Part shown: positions 10,266-22,200 of the stretch, one piece after another
Layout: each line of letters opens with the position of its first letter
Numbering within the stretch: the stretch's first letter is position 1
Assembly: GCA_964613385.1 (NCBI GenBank)
Contig: CAZTGZ010000002.1
Coordinates: 83,419 to 147,418 of the forward strand
DNA: 64,000 bases
Direction of reading: 5' to 3'
Origin: an uncultured Chitinophagaceae bacterium
Lineage (GTDB): Bacteria > Bacteroidota > Bacteroidia > NS11-12g > UBA9320
Notes under the pieces: generated by a model
Told to the model about the DNA's origin: nothing
Database searches by the model: none
Seen by the model: the letters and a program-made list of their open reading frames with translations, nothing else
Made by a program: the position numbers and the translations under genes

Positions 10266-11608
10266 AAGCAATCATTACTTTTTTCGCTTTATTGATTTTC
10301 CATTCAGGCTTTGCACAAACCCTGGGAATTATAGATGAAGTTATTGCCGTAGTTGGGGAGAATTACGTGCTGAGATCAGATATAGAAACGGAATACTTTC
10401 AAATGAAAAGCCAGTATGAAGAACTTCCTGAAAATTTCAGATGTGAGCTGGTGCAACAAATGCTGCTTCAACAATTGATGCTGCATAAAGCAGACGTGGA
10501 TAGCACTTATGTCGGTGAGGATATCATTGAATCTGAACTCGAACGAAGGCTCAGGTTTTATTCATCTCAGGTTGGTGGAGATAAGAGACTGGAGAAATAT
10601 TTAGGCAAAAGCCTGGCCGAATACAAAGAGGAAATCCGTCCGAATCTTGAAAAACAATTAAGGATACAGCAAGTACAGCAAAGTCTGGTAAAGGACATCA
10701 AAGTCTCCCCGACTGAGGTGCGCAAATTCTTTGAAGAAATTCCGGTTGATAGTTTACCGGTATTTGATTCTGAAGTTGAGGTTGGACAAATCATTATCAC
10801 GCCCAAAGCCAGCTCTTTTGCGAAAGAATATGCGTATGCTACCATTGAGAAACTCAGGAATGAAATCATTAGTGGTAAAAGGGATTTTGCAACCACGGCC
10901 GGCAGCTATAGCGACGATCCAGGCTCTAAGCTCAAGGGAGGTGAACTGGGTTATTTTGAAAGGGGGAATATGGTTCCCGCATTTGAAGCCATGGCCTTCA
11001 AGTTAAAGAAAGACTCAATTTCCCCCATTGTTGAAACAGAATTCGGATATCATATCCTTCAATTAATTGACCGCAAAGGTGAAAAAGTGAATGTCAGGCA
11101 TATTCTCATAAAGCCAAAAGTGGTGGGTGACGACATTGCAGCAGCGCGGGCTATGCTCAATCAAATAGCCAATCAGATTAGACAGGATTCAATCAGCTTT
11201 TGCGATGCCGCCGCAAAATATTCAGAGGATGAATATACCAAAAGCAACTGCGGAATGTTTGCCAATAACACCTTGGGCACCAATCGCATGGAAATAACCG
11301 AATTGGAACCTGATGTGGCATTGATTGTACAGAAACTCAACACCGACGAAATTTCTGTTGCTCATGAAGTGCCAAACCCGGATGGATCCAGCTCATTCAG
11401 AATCATTTATCTGAAATCGGAAATCGAACCACATACCGCCGATTTAAAGTTGGATTACCAGAAAATTCAGGCTTTTGCGCTCGAAAAAAAGAAGAGCAAT
11501 GAACTGAAACTATGGGCCGACAAGTACCGCAAAAGTGCTTATGTGTGGATTGATGAAAGTCTGATGGAGTGTGAAGGAGCTGTGCTCTGGAGAAACGAAG
11601 GAAAATAA
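10262..11608 (+). CDS. SurA-family peptidyl-prolyl isomerase
   Basis: Signal peptide, SurA N-domain, parvulin domain (FGYHILQLI). Confidence 0.7.
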   Translation: MKAIITFFALLIFHSGFAQTLGIIDEVIAVVGENYVLRSDIETEYFQMKSQYEELPENFRCELVQQMLLQQLMLHKADVDSTYVGEDIIESELERRLRFYSSQVGGDKRLEKYLGKSLAEYKEEIRPNLEKQLRIQQVQQSLVKDIKVSPTEVRKFFEEIPVDSLPVFDSEVEVGQIIITPKASSFAKEYAYATIEKLRNEIISGKRDFATTAGSYSDDPGSKLKGGELGYFERGNMVPAFEAMAFKLKKDSISPIVETEFGYHILQLIDRKGEKVNVRHILIKPKVVGDDIAAARAMLNQIANQIRQDSISFCDAAAKYSEDEYTKSNCGMFANNTLGTNRMEITELEPDVALIVQKLNTDEISVAHEVPNPDGSSSFRIIYLKSEIEPHTADLKLDYQKIQAFALEKKKSNELKLWADKYRKSAYVWIDESLMECEGAVLWRNEGK

Positions 11609-11616
11609 ATTAAAAC

Positions 11617-12579
11617 ATGGTATTCAACAATGAAATAGAAGCTGCAGAAGCCCTGCAGGAAACCAGTCTCAAGTTAAAAAAGGAGATTGCCAAAGTAATC
11701 GTAGGACAAGATGCGGTCATCGAATCGGTGCTCACCTCCATTTTTTGCAATGGTCACAGCCTTTTGGTTGGGGTGCCGGGATTGGCAAAGACCTTGTTAA
11801 TCAAAACCATTTCGGAAGTATTGGATTTGAGCTTCAATCGTATACAATTCACGCCCGATTTGATGCCTTCAGATATTACCGGTTCAGAAATTCTCGATGA
11901 AAATCGCAATTTCCGGTTCATCAGAGGACCTCTGTTTGCCAATATCATTCTGGCCGATGAGATCAACCGTACTCCGCCAAAAACACAGGCTGCATTGCTC
12001 GAAGCCATGCAGGAGAAAAATGTAACCGTGGGTGGACAGATACACCATCTCCCGGAACCATTTTTCGTGTTGGCTACGCAAAACCCCATTGAGCAGGAAG
12101 GTACCTATCCTTTGCCCGAAGCTCAGCTCGACCGCTTTATGTTCAACATTATCCTGGATTATCCCAGCAAAGAAGAAGAAATTGCCGTTGTAAAGGCCAC
12201 CACGGGCGCTTCCGGATTGAAACCCGGTAAAATTATTGGCGCCAAAGAAATATTGGCCTTCCAGGAACTCGTGAGGCAGGTACCGGTAGCGGATAATGTG
12301 CTGGACTATGCAGTTACCTTAGTTTCAAAAACGAGACCCGGCAGAGAATTAGCCACGCAGGAAGTGAATACCTACCTGAATTATGGGGCAGGTCCTCGTG
12401 CCAGTCAGTATTTAGTCCTGGGTGCAAAATGTCATGCGTTGCTTCGGGGCAAATTTTCACCTGATATTGAAGATGTTAAAGCCGTTGCCATTCCGGTTCT
12501 CAGACATCGTATCGTGAAAAACTACAAGGCTGAGGCCGAAGGGAAAAGCACCGAACAAATCATTCGTTCATTATTCTAA
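11617..12579 (+). CDS. MoxR-family AAA+ ATPase
   Basis: Walker A region GVPGLAKT and a MoxR-like sensor region. 320 aa. Confidence 0.8.
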   Translation: MVFNNEIEAAEALQETSLKLKKEIAKVIVGQDAVIESVLTSIFCNGHSLLVGVPGLAKTLLIKTISEVLDLSFNRIQFTPDLMPSDITGSEILDENRNFRFIRGPLFANIILADEINRTPPKTQAALLEAMQEKNVTVGGQIHHLPEPFFVLATQNPIEQEGTYPLPEAQLDRFMFNIILDYPSKEEEIAVVKATTGASGLKPGKIIGAKEILAFQELVRQVPVADNVLDYAVTLVSKTRPGRELATQEVNTYLNYGAGPRASQYLVLGAKCHALLRGKFSPDIEDVKAVAIPVLRHRIVKNYKAEAEGKSTEQIIRSLF

Positions 12580-12954
12580 TTGCCCATGAAAGGTTGGTAT
12601 ACCCTCCTTTTACTCGTACTTTCAAATGTTTTTATGACCCTGGCCTGGTATGGGCATCTGCGATTTGCCCATTGGAAACCACTGGAAAAGGTCGGGTTGT
12701 TTGGCATTGTACTTCTCAGTTGGGGGCTGGCATTTTTCGAATATTGTTTTCAAGTGCCCGCCAATCGCATTGGATTCCAGGGTAATGGAGGGCCATTCAG
12801 CCTATTTCAGCTCAAGATTATTCAAGAAGTCATCACCCTCGCGGTTTTTGTGATTTTTGCAACACTTTTATTTAAGAACGAAAGTCTGAAAATGAACCAC
12901 TTATGGGCGTTTTTATGCCTGATAGGAGCCGTTTACTTCGCTTTTAAGAAATGA
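12580..12954 (+). CDS. Small DMT-superfamily-like (DUF486) membrane protein
   Basis: Four TM helices, 124 aa. The annotated start is TTG; an ATG two codons downstream is also possible. Confidence 0.45.
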   Translation: MPMKGWYTLLLLVLSNVFMTLAWYGHLRFAHWKPLEKVGLFGIVLLSWGLAFFEYCFQVPANRIGFQGNGGPFSLFQLKIIQEVITLAVFVIFATLLFKNESLKMNHLWAFLCLIGAVYFAFKK

Positions 12955-13001
12955 AAAAAAGATGAGTGAGGTAATTCCAAATACCGAACCCGGGCTATTC
13001 C

Positions 13002-14267
13002 TTACATATTGGAAATAATGGCACTGCCAAATTCTGAACATTTCAGCAAGGTGGCGCCTTCCATCAATCGTTCAAAGTCGTAAGTGACGGTTTTGTTCGA
13101 AATGGTCTTTTCCAATGCGTCATAAATCAGCTGCATCGCCTCGGTCCATCCCATATATTCGAGCATCATGGCGCCTGAAAGAATAACCGATCCGGGATTA
13201 ACCTTGTCTAAATCGGCATATTTCGGAGCCGTTCCGTGGGTAGCTTCAAATATGGCATGTCCGCTAACGTAATTGATGTTGGCTCCGGGAGCAATTCCAA
13301 TGCCGCCCACGATTGCTGCCAGCGCATCACTCACATAATCGCCGTTCAAGTTCAGAGTGGCAATTACCGAGTACTCTTTAGGACGCAACAGTATCTGCTG
13401 TAAAAACGCATCGGCAATGGAATCTTTCACGATAAGTTTTCCTGCAGAAATAGCAGCGTTCTGTGCCTGATTGGCTGCATCTTCTCCTTGTGCTTCTTTA
13501 ATTTTATCGTACTGCTGCCAGGTAAACACTTTGTCACCGAATTCACGTTCCGCCAGCGCATATCCCCAACTTTTGAAAGCACCTTCGGTGAACTTCATGA
13601 TATTCCCTTTGTGCACCAAAGTAAGGGAGGGCTTTTTATTCTCCAGGGCGTATTGAATGGCGGCCCGCACCAGACGCTCCGTTCCTTCCTGAGAAACCGG
13701 TTTGATTCCTATAGACGAGGTTTCGGGGAAACGAATTTTGTTCACACCCATTTCTTCTTTGAGAAATTTTTTCACCTTATCGGCTTCGGGTGTTCCGGCC
13801 ATGTATTCGATACCGGCGTAAATATCTTCGGTATTTTCACGAAAAATCACCATATCGCAATATTCAGGATGCACAACCGGAGAGGGCACTCCGCTAAACC
13901 AGCGCACCGGGCGCACACAGGCATATAAATCCAGAATTTGTCTGAGGGCTACATTCAGAGAACGGATACCGCCACCAACCGGAGTGGTTAATGGGCCTTT
14001 GATGCCGACAAGATACTCTTTAAATGCATCCAGGGTTTCATCGGGCAGCCAGTTTCCGGTTTCATGAAATGCCTTTTCACCGGCCAAAACCTCTTTCCAA
14101 TGAATTTTGCGCGTTCCGCCATAAGCTTTTTCCACCGCTGCATCCATTACACGCACGGAGGCATGCCATATATCGGGTCCGGTACCATCACCGATAATAA
14201 ATGGGATAATGGGTTGATCGGGAACCTGTAGCTTTCCGTTTTGTATGCTTATTTTTTGTGCGCTCAT
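13002..14267 (-). CDS. icd: NADP-dependent isocitrate dehydrogenase
   Basis: [13 protein letters not shown] and GSAPKYAD-like motifs. 421 aa, length typical for IDH. Confidence 0.85.
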   Translation of the reverse strand: MSAQKISIQNGKLQVPDQPIIPFIIGDGTGPDIWHASVRVMDAAVEKAYGGTRKIHWKEVLAGEKAFHETGNWLPDETLDAFKEYLVGIKGPLTTPVGGGIRSLNVALRQILDLYACVRPVRWFSGVPSPVVHPEYCDMVIFRENTEDIYAGIEYMAGTPEADKVKKFLKEEMGVNKIRFPETSSIGIKPVSQEGTERLVRAAIQYALENKKPSLTLVHKGNIMKFTEGAFKSWGYALAEREFGDKVFTWQQYDKIKEAQGEDAANQAQNAAISAGKLIVKDSIADAFLQQILLRPKEYSVIATLNLNGDYVSDALAAIVGGIGIAPGANINYVSGHAIFEATHGTAPKYADLDKVNPGSVILSGAMMLEYMGWTEAMQLIYDALEKTISNKTVTYDFERLMEGATLLKCSEFGSAIISNM

Positions 14268-14345
14268 GATGTATAAATTTTAAGGTGCAAATCTATTGGG
14301 ATAGGGGGGGAAAACAAAGGGTGGGGAAAATTAGTTTGGGGGAGT

Positions 14346-14440
14346 AAAAAAGACGATCCCGCATATAGCGGGACCCTCTTAAATGTTTTCACTACGGAAT
14401 AATCCTTATTGTGATTTGCTTCATTGCAAAAATAATAATT
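14346..14440 (-). ncRNA. tracrRNA: tracrRNA of the adjacent type II-C CRISPR-Cas system (anti-repeat, nexus, terminator)
   Basis: The minus-strand transcript reads 5'-UUUUUGCAAUGAAGCAAAUCACAAUAAGGAUUAUUCCGUAGUGAAAACAUUUAAGAGGGUCCCGCUAUAUGCGGGAUCGUCUUUUUU-3'. The anti-repeat pairs with the minus-strand repeat GUUGUGAUUUGCUU (G·U at repeat nt 1, then 13 WC pairs, then G·U at U15), followed by a 4-nt bulge and a 5-bp upper stem. The nexus-like AAGGAUUAUUCCG resembles S. pyogenes AAGGCUAGUCCG. A GC hairpin followed by a U6 tract forms an intrinsic terminator. The 5' end is uncertain. Confidence 0.65.
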
Positions 14441-14469
14441 ATTATTTTAGCAGAAAAGAGCTATACATT

Positions 14470-17400
14470 ATGACTTTAAGATTAGGGTTAGATATCGGAG
14501 TTAATTCCGTTGGGTTTGCGTTGGTAAGAGAAGAAAACAACGAAAGTAAAATTGAAAAGTTAGGGGTAAGAATTGTTACAGAGGATCCAAATTTTCACGG
14601 CAAATTTTATCAGGGAAATACGGCCAGTAAAAATGCAGAAAGAAGATTAAATCGTGGCGCTCGACGAAACTTGGATCGTTATCAATTGAGGCGAGATAAA
14701 CTGATAGAAATTCTCGAAGACACAGGAATGATGCCGGATGAAGACCTGCTCTTAAAGATAAGCAGTTTGGAATTATACGAATTGAGATATAGAGCAATTC
14801 AAGAAAAACTCAGTTTACCCGAATTAGGCAGAATATTTTATCACCTCAATCAGAAACGCGGTTTCCAAAGCAGTAGAAAAGGAAATAATGAAGAAAATGA
14901 AACCGAATACAAAAAAAAGCTCAAAGAAAATTCAGAAGGCTTGGGTAGCCAAACCATTGGTGAATATTTTTATCATAAACTAATGGATAATCCATGGTAC
15001 AGAATCAAAGAAAATTTGTTTTTCCGTTCTGATTATAAGGCGGAATTTGACCGAATTTGGGACAAACAATCAAATTATTATCCGAATTTAATGACCGGAG
15101 GTCCAAAAAATACCAACAATAAGGGAACTCTTTACAGTCTGATTCGAAATAAAACCATCTATTTTCAAAGGCCTTTGAAATCAGCTAAGAATTTGGTAGG
15201 AAAATGCACTTTTGAACCTTTAAAAAGAGTTATTCCAAAAAGTCATCCTTTATATCAGGAGTTTAGAATTTGGCAACAATTGAACAATCTTGAAATTACG
15301 CATGAAAATGTAAAATTAATACCAAATGAAGAACAAAAAACATTGTTATGGACAAAGTTGCACGAACCATCTCAATTAGACAAATTGGGAAACCTTACAG
15401 CCGCAAGTATTAAAAAAGTATTGGGCATCAACAAAAACGCAACAGTCAATTATGAAAAAATTGAAGGCAACAAAACTCTCAGAGCAATCAGCAAGGCGCT
15501 GGAGGCTGTTGACTTGGATTACAATTTTGAAATGCCCGATTTAAAGAATTTAAGGGAATTTGAAAACACAAACTTTGTTAAACTATGGCATTTGACATAC
15601 AGTATTGAGAATGAAAATCATCTTATAAACTGTCTAAAAAAGCAATTCAATATTGAAGCAGAGAAAGCTCTATACATAGCTGAAAATGTGGGATATACTT
15701 CCGATTTTGGTAGTCTTTCAGCAAAGGCTATTAAGAAAATTCTTCCCGGTCTTTGGGACGGAATGAAATACGACCAAGCTGTTCAGAATGCAGGATATAA
15801 ACACCACAGCAAATTTGAAGATAATCAAGCTGTGTTAGAATTTTTACCGAGTATCAAACCCAATACATTAAAAAATCCTGTGGTAGAACAAATCTTAAAT
15901 CAGGTAGTAAATTTGGTAAATAATATTATTCAAGACTATGGCAAACCCGATGAAGTAAGAGTTGAATTGGCCCGGACTCTTAAATCAAACGCCAGAGAAC
16001 GAAATTCAATATCAAAAAAACAGAGAGATTTAGAAAAAAAGAATAAAGAAATAATGGAGGAATTGAAAAACTATCCTCAATTCAAAAGAGTCAGTGGTAG
16101 AGATTTAAAAAGATATCGGTTGTGGGAAGAGACCGATAAACTTTGTTTGTATTGCGGACAACCAATTTCATTTGAACAGGTATACAACGGAATGGCAGAA
16201 ATTGAACATATCATACCTAAGTCGCGCATTTTTAGTGATGCCATGAGCAATTTAGTATTAGCCCATGTCAAGGAAAATCGGGAGAAAGGACAAATGACTG
16301 CATATGAGTATCTGGAAGGAAAGGGACACAATTTGCTTAAGAATTATGAAGAATTAGTATCCAAACTTTATAACGAAAAAAAGATTACCAAATCAAAATT
16401 TTCTAATTTAATGATGAAAGGTGGGGATATTCCAAGCGATTTCCTCGAAAGACAATTGAATGACACACGATACATTTCACGAGAAGCTCTTAATATTCTC
16501 AAACAGGTATTTCCAAAAGTTTATTCCACTTCGGGTTCAATTACAGATTTATTAAAACAGAACTGGCAATTAAATCATGTATTGGAGGAAATTAATTTGC
16601 CTGTATACAGAAAAGAAGGTCTAACCTATAAAACAGAAATTAAAGATAATTCCGGGAATATAAAAGTAGTTGAACGAATTAAAGATTTTGACAAAAGATC
16701 CGATCACAGGCACCATGCGGTTGATGCTTTGGTTATTGCATGCACCAAGCAGTCATATATTCAAAAGCTCAATAATCTGAACAAAGAATTTCAAACTTAC
16801 AATAGCTTAAAACAGAGCCCATATGAGTTTGAAATGCCATCAAAACATTTTCGTACAGATGTCATAGAACATTTATCATCATTATTGATTAGTTACAAGA
16901 AACCGGGTACAAAAGTCCTATCAAGAAAAATAAATATTTATAAATCTGCCTCAGGCCCAAAGAAACAAATAACCTGGGCACCCAGAGGATCCTTACATGA
17001 AGATACGGTTCTAGGAAAAATTAAAAGGTATTCAAAGCCGAAAGATTGGAAAGATATCATTTTGAACCCTCAGAATATTGTGAACGAACAAGTAAGATTG
17101 GCCGTTAATGAATTATTAGCTCAACACAAAGACCCTAAAGGCGCTCTGGCGTATTTAAAAAAGAACAATTTAGAAATCAATGGGATTGAAGTAAAACATC
17201 CGTTGCTTTGGGAATATAAATTCACCAAAAGAGTAAGAATTTCGGACAACATTACTCAACCCCAAATTGATAAAATCATAGACGGAAGAGTCAAAGACTT
17301 AATTTTAGAAAGGATAGAAAATTACGGGAGCATAAAGTCTGCTTTTAAAAATTATATCGATAACCCTATATTAATTGATATAGGGAAAAAGGTCCCTTTA

Positions 17401-17886
17401 AAAGCAATAACGGTTCGGGATGAGGGCAACTTGCAAAGTGTAAGAAATGGAAATGTTTATTTAAAAGGGAACCATCATGCTCTAATTTTTCAAAGTGAAG
17501 AAGGTGAATATCAGGAAAAAATGGTTAGTTTTTGGGAAGCTGTTGAACTGGCATTATGGAATCTGAATAATACTGGCAGTATTTACCCTATCATTGATCG
17601 AAATCCAAATGATTCTGGTTTACCGTTAAAATACAGCTTACAAATAAATGATCTCTTTGTAATAGGAAATCATCCAAATGAATTGAGTCAGGCTGAATTG
17701 TCTTTATCTTTATTTCGAGTACAAAAGCTGTCAAAAGGAGATTATTTTTTCCGGCAGCAATATCAGACCAAAATTGACATTGACAAAGAATTCTCTATGA
17801 GACGGATTAATTCACTTAAAAAATTCAATGATATCTATAAAATTAGGCTAAACCATGTGGGTAATATTTTACAAATTGGAGAATAA
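14470..17886 (+). CDS. cas9: Type II-C Cas9 endonuclease (1138 aa)
   Basis: RuvC-I motif at the N-terminus (LGLDIGVNSVGFALV). HNH motif (EIEHIIPKSRIFSDAMSNLVLAHVKENREKGQ). RuvC-III (HHAVDALVIA). The track ORF's upstream extension (14383-14469) overlaps the antisense tracrRNA and is judged non-coding. Confidence 0.9.
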   Translation: MTLRLGLDIGVNSVGFALVREENNESKIEKLGVRIVTEDPNFHGKFYQGNTASKNAERRLNRGARRNLDRYQLRRDKLIEILEDTGMMPDEDLLLKISSLELYELRYRAIQEKLSLPELGRIFYHLNQKRGFQSSRKGNNEENETEYKKKLKENSEGLGSQTIGEYFYHKLMDNPWYRIKENLFFRSDYKAEFDRIWDKQSNYYPNLMTGGPKNTNNKGTLYSLIRNKTIYFQRPLKSAKNLVGKCTFEPLKRVIPKSHPLYQEFRIWQQLNNLEITHENVKLIPNEEQKTLLWTKLHEPSQLDKLGNLTAASIKKVLGINKNATVNYEKIEGNKTLRAISKALEAVDLDYNFEMPDLKNLREFENTNFVKLWHLTYSIENENHLINCLKKQFNIEAEKALYIAENVGYTSDFGSLSAKAIKKILPGLWDGMKYDQAVQNAGYKHHSKFEDNQAVLEFLPSIKPNTLKNPVVEQILNQVVNLVNNIIQDYGKPDEVRVELARTLKSNARERNSISKKQRDLEKKNKEIMEELKNYPQFKRVSGRDLKRYRLWEETDKLCLYCGQPISFEQVYNGMAEIEHIIPKSRIFSDAMSNLVLAHVKENREKGQMTAYEYLEGKGHNLLKNYEELVSKLYNEKKITKSKFSNLMMKGGDIPSDFLERQLNDTRYISREALNILKQVFPKVYSTSGSITDLLKQNWQLNHVLEEINLPVYRKEGLTYKTEIKDNSGNIKVVERIKDFDKRSDHRHHAVDALVIACTKQSYIQKLNNLNKEFQTYNSLKQSPYEFEMPSKHFRTDVIEHLSSLLISYKKPGTKVLSRKINIYKSASGPKKQITWAPRGSLHEDTVLGKIKRYSKPKDWKDIILNPQNIVNEQVRLAVNELLAQHKDPKGALAYLKKNNLEINGIEVKHPLLWEYKFTKRVRISDNITQPQIDKIIDGRVKDLILERIENYGSIKSAFKNYIDNPILIDIGKKVPLKAITVRDEGNLQSVRNGNVYLKGNHHALIFQSEEGEYQEKMVSFWEAVELALWNLNNTGSIYPIIDRNPNDSGLPLKYSLQINDLFVIGNHPNELSQAELSLSLFRVQKLSKGDYFFRQQYQTKIDIDKEFSMRRINSLKKFNDIYKIRLNHVGNILQIGE

Positions 17887-17895
17887 AGCCAAGCA

Positions 17896-19145
<1,250 letters not shown>

Positions 19146-19245
19146 AAAAAACAGGAATTTTCAACTTTGGTACATGAAATCCACGATTTTTTTCGACAAC
19201 AAACAAAGCTGTAACCCTTTGTTTATAAGGGCTACAGCGAGGTCT

Positions 19246-22200
19246 GTTGTGTTCAAAGAACGGTTCTTCTGATTTTGAAAGCAAATCACAACCTTTCCTA
19301 ATTCTTTATTCATGATGTTCTTGTTGTGTTCAAAGAACGGTTCTTCTGATTTTGAAAGCAAATCACAACGGTGTAGATGCAATAGAGATTTCCCAGAAGG
19401 TTGTGTTCAAAGAACGGTTCTTCTGATTTTGAAAGCAAATCACAACTGTTGCACATAGCTCAACATGGCCATTGCGTTGTGTTCAAAGAACGGTTCTTCT
19501 GATTTTGAAAGCAAATCACAACGCTTTTTGTCAATTTGTGACAAGTCATATAAGTTGTGTTCAAAGAACGGTTCTTCTGATTTTGAAAGCAAATCACAAC
19601 AGCTCATGTAAACGCCCTTGCAATGGCGGCGTTGTGTTCAAAGAACGGTTCTTCTGATTTTGAAAGCAAATCACAACCTGTGCTTGTTGCTCTATTAAAA
19701 GAGCCTGTGTTGTGTTCAAAGAACGGTTCTTCTGATTTTGAAAGCAAATCACAACTGATTCGTAAAGGTTTTCAATCAAGGTCAAGTTGTGTTCAAAGAA
19801 CGGTTCTTCTGATTTTGAAAGCAAATCACAACCTTACTGGATTGCAACATTCCAGAATGTACGTTGTGTTCAAAGAACGGTTCTTCTGATTTTGAAAGCA
19901 AATCACAACTATTCATTCGTTCTCCTATCCACTTTGCAAGTTGTGTTCAAAGAACGGTTCTTCTGATTTTGAAAGCAAATCACAACATGAGCGTAGGACT
20001 CACCGGAGCTGTGGACGTTGTGTTCAAAGAACGGTTCTTCTGATTTTGAAAGCAAATCACAACCACCGAGCAGTTTAATATCTCCGCTGTCTTTGTTGTG
20101 TTCAAAGAACGGTTCTTCTGATTTTGAAAGCAAATCACAACGGCCGTCAAAAATGAACTTATCAATTATGTGTTGTGTTCAAAGAACGGTTCTTCTGATT
20201 TTGAAAGCAAATCACAACTATCAACCACAAACGTGTGCAATAGTTCAGTTGTGTTCAAAGAACGGTTCTTCTGATTTTGAAAGCAAATCACAACCATCTG
20301 CAGTAAGGTTCAATGAGGTTGGCAAGTTGTGTTCAAAGAACGGTTCTTCTGATTTTGAAAGCAAATCACAACTTATGCGCAAACCGCCTTAATACCATTG
20401 TCGTTGTGTTCAAAGAACGGTTCTTCTGATTTTGAAAGCAAATCACAACTGCGGAGCTGCACAATTTGTTGTCAGAAACGTTGTGTTCAAAGAACGGTTC
20501 TTCTGATTTTGAAAGCAAATCACAACTGTATATGGATGATCCAAAATCCTTGCTATGTTGTGTTCAAAGAACGGTTCTTCTGATTTTGAAAGCAAATCAC
20601 AACTTACAATGGGTTCTGCCTTTACGGCTTTTGTTGTGTTCAAAGAACGGTTCTTCTGATTTTGAAAGCAAATCACAACTGCAGGATTATTTGGATGTTG
20701 TCCGGTTGGTTGTGTTCAAAGAACGGTTCTTCTGATTTTGAAAGCAAATCACAACCGTTTAGGGAATACCCTTAATGACTTTTGTGTTGTGTTCAAAGAA
20801 CGGTTCTTCTGATTTTGAAAGCAAATCACAACACGTTGGTGTGTATGGCATAGCTGACGGACGTTGTGTTCAAAGAACGGTTCTTCTGATTTTGAAAGCA
20901 AATCACAACACGTTACGCGATTTGATACGGCTGAATTGAGTTGTGTTCAAAGAACGGTTCTTCTGATTTTGAAAGCAAATCACAACCTGACAATCTTGCG
21001 CGTTGAATGAATCCACGTTGTGTTCAAAGAACGGTTCTTCTGATTTTGAAAGCAAATCACAACGGCCGTCGAAAATAAACTTATCAATTACGTGTTGTGT
21101 TCAAAGAACGGTTCTTCTGATTTTGAAAGCAAATCACAACGTTTCATCTTTTCGTCGTTATCCCCAACTGGTTGTGTTCAAAGAACGGTTCTTCTGATTT
21201 TGAAAGCAAATCACAACTTAAAGACTGCATTATTGTACTTTCTGTCAGTTGTGTTCAAAGAACGGTTCTTCTGATTTTGAAAGCAAATCACAACCAATGC
21301 TACACAGGGCTTGAATGCGTTTGCGTTGTGTTCAAAGAACGGTTCTTCTGATTTTGAAAGCAAATCACAACGACTTTACGCGGCTTTACCTCTGTATTTA
21401 TGTTGTGTTCAAAGAACGGTTCTTCTGATTTTGAAAGCAAATCACAACTCCAGCAACGTGTTTATTGTTTGAAATCTGGTTGTGTTCAAAGAACGGTTCT
21501 TCTGATTTTGAAAGCAAATCACAACTTAACGAGTGCAACAACGTAACATGGGAAGTTGTGTTCAAAGAACGGTTCTTCTGATTTTGAAAGCAAATCACAA
21601 CGGCATGGTGTTTGGTTGGGTAGGTGTTGCGGTTGTGTTCAAAGAACGGTTCTTCTGATTTTGAAAGCAAATCACAACCAAGAAAGCGAAGAAACTCTTC
21701 AGGTGTTAGTTGTGTTCAAAGAACGGTTCTTCTGATTTTGAAAGCAAATCACAACTTAGTTACCAGCATAAGTGGCGGAACTTTTGTTGTGTTCAAAGAA
21801 CGGTTCTTCTGATTTTGAAAGCAAATCACAACCGTTCCTAACGTTACCCATGTAATAGATTCGTTGTGTTCAAAGAACGGTTCTTCTGATTTTGAAAGCA
21901 AATCACAACTCCTTCTGGCTCTATAAAAGTTCAAAGAAGTTGTGTTCAAAGAACGGTTCTTCTGATTTTGAAAGCAAATCACAACTCTGAGTGCGTTGAA
22001 TACTTGAACGCCAATGTTGTGTTCAAAGAACGGTTCTTCTGATTTTGAAAGCAAATCACAACTTACTTCATATGATTCCGGTGGTGGAAATGTTGTGTTC
22101 AAAGAACGGTTCTTCTGATTTTGAAAGCAAATCACAACTAAGGTAGTGTAGTTCGTTCCGTCAAATTTGTTGTGTTCAAAGAACGGTTCTTCTGATTTTG

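Noticed and set aside
14383-14469. Upstream in-frame extension of cas9 proposed by the ORF track (MFSLRNNPYCDLLHCKNNNYYFSRKELYI)
   Set aside because: The conserved RuvC-I motif begins immediately after the internal ATG at 14470. The extension overlaps the antisense tracrRNA and is low-complexity.
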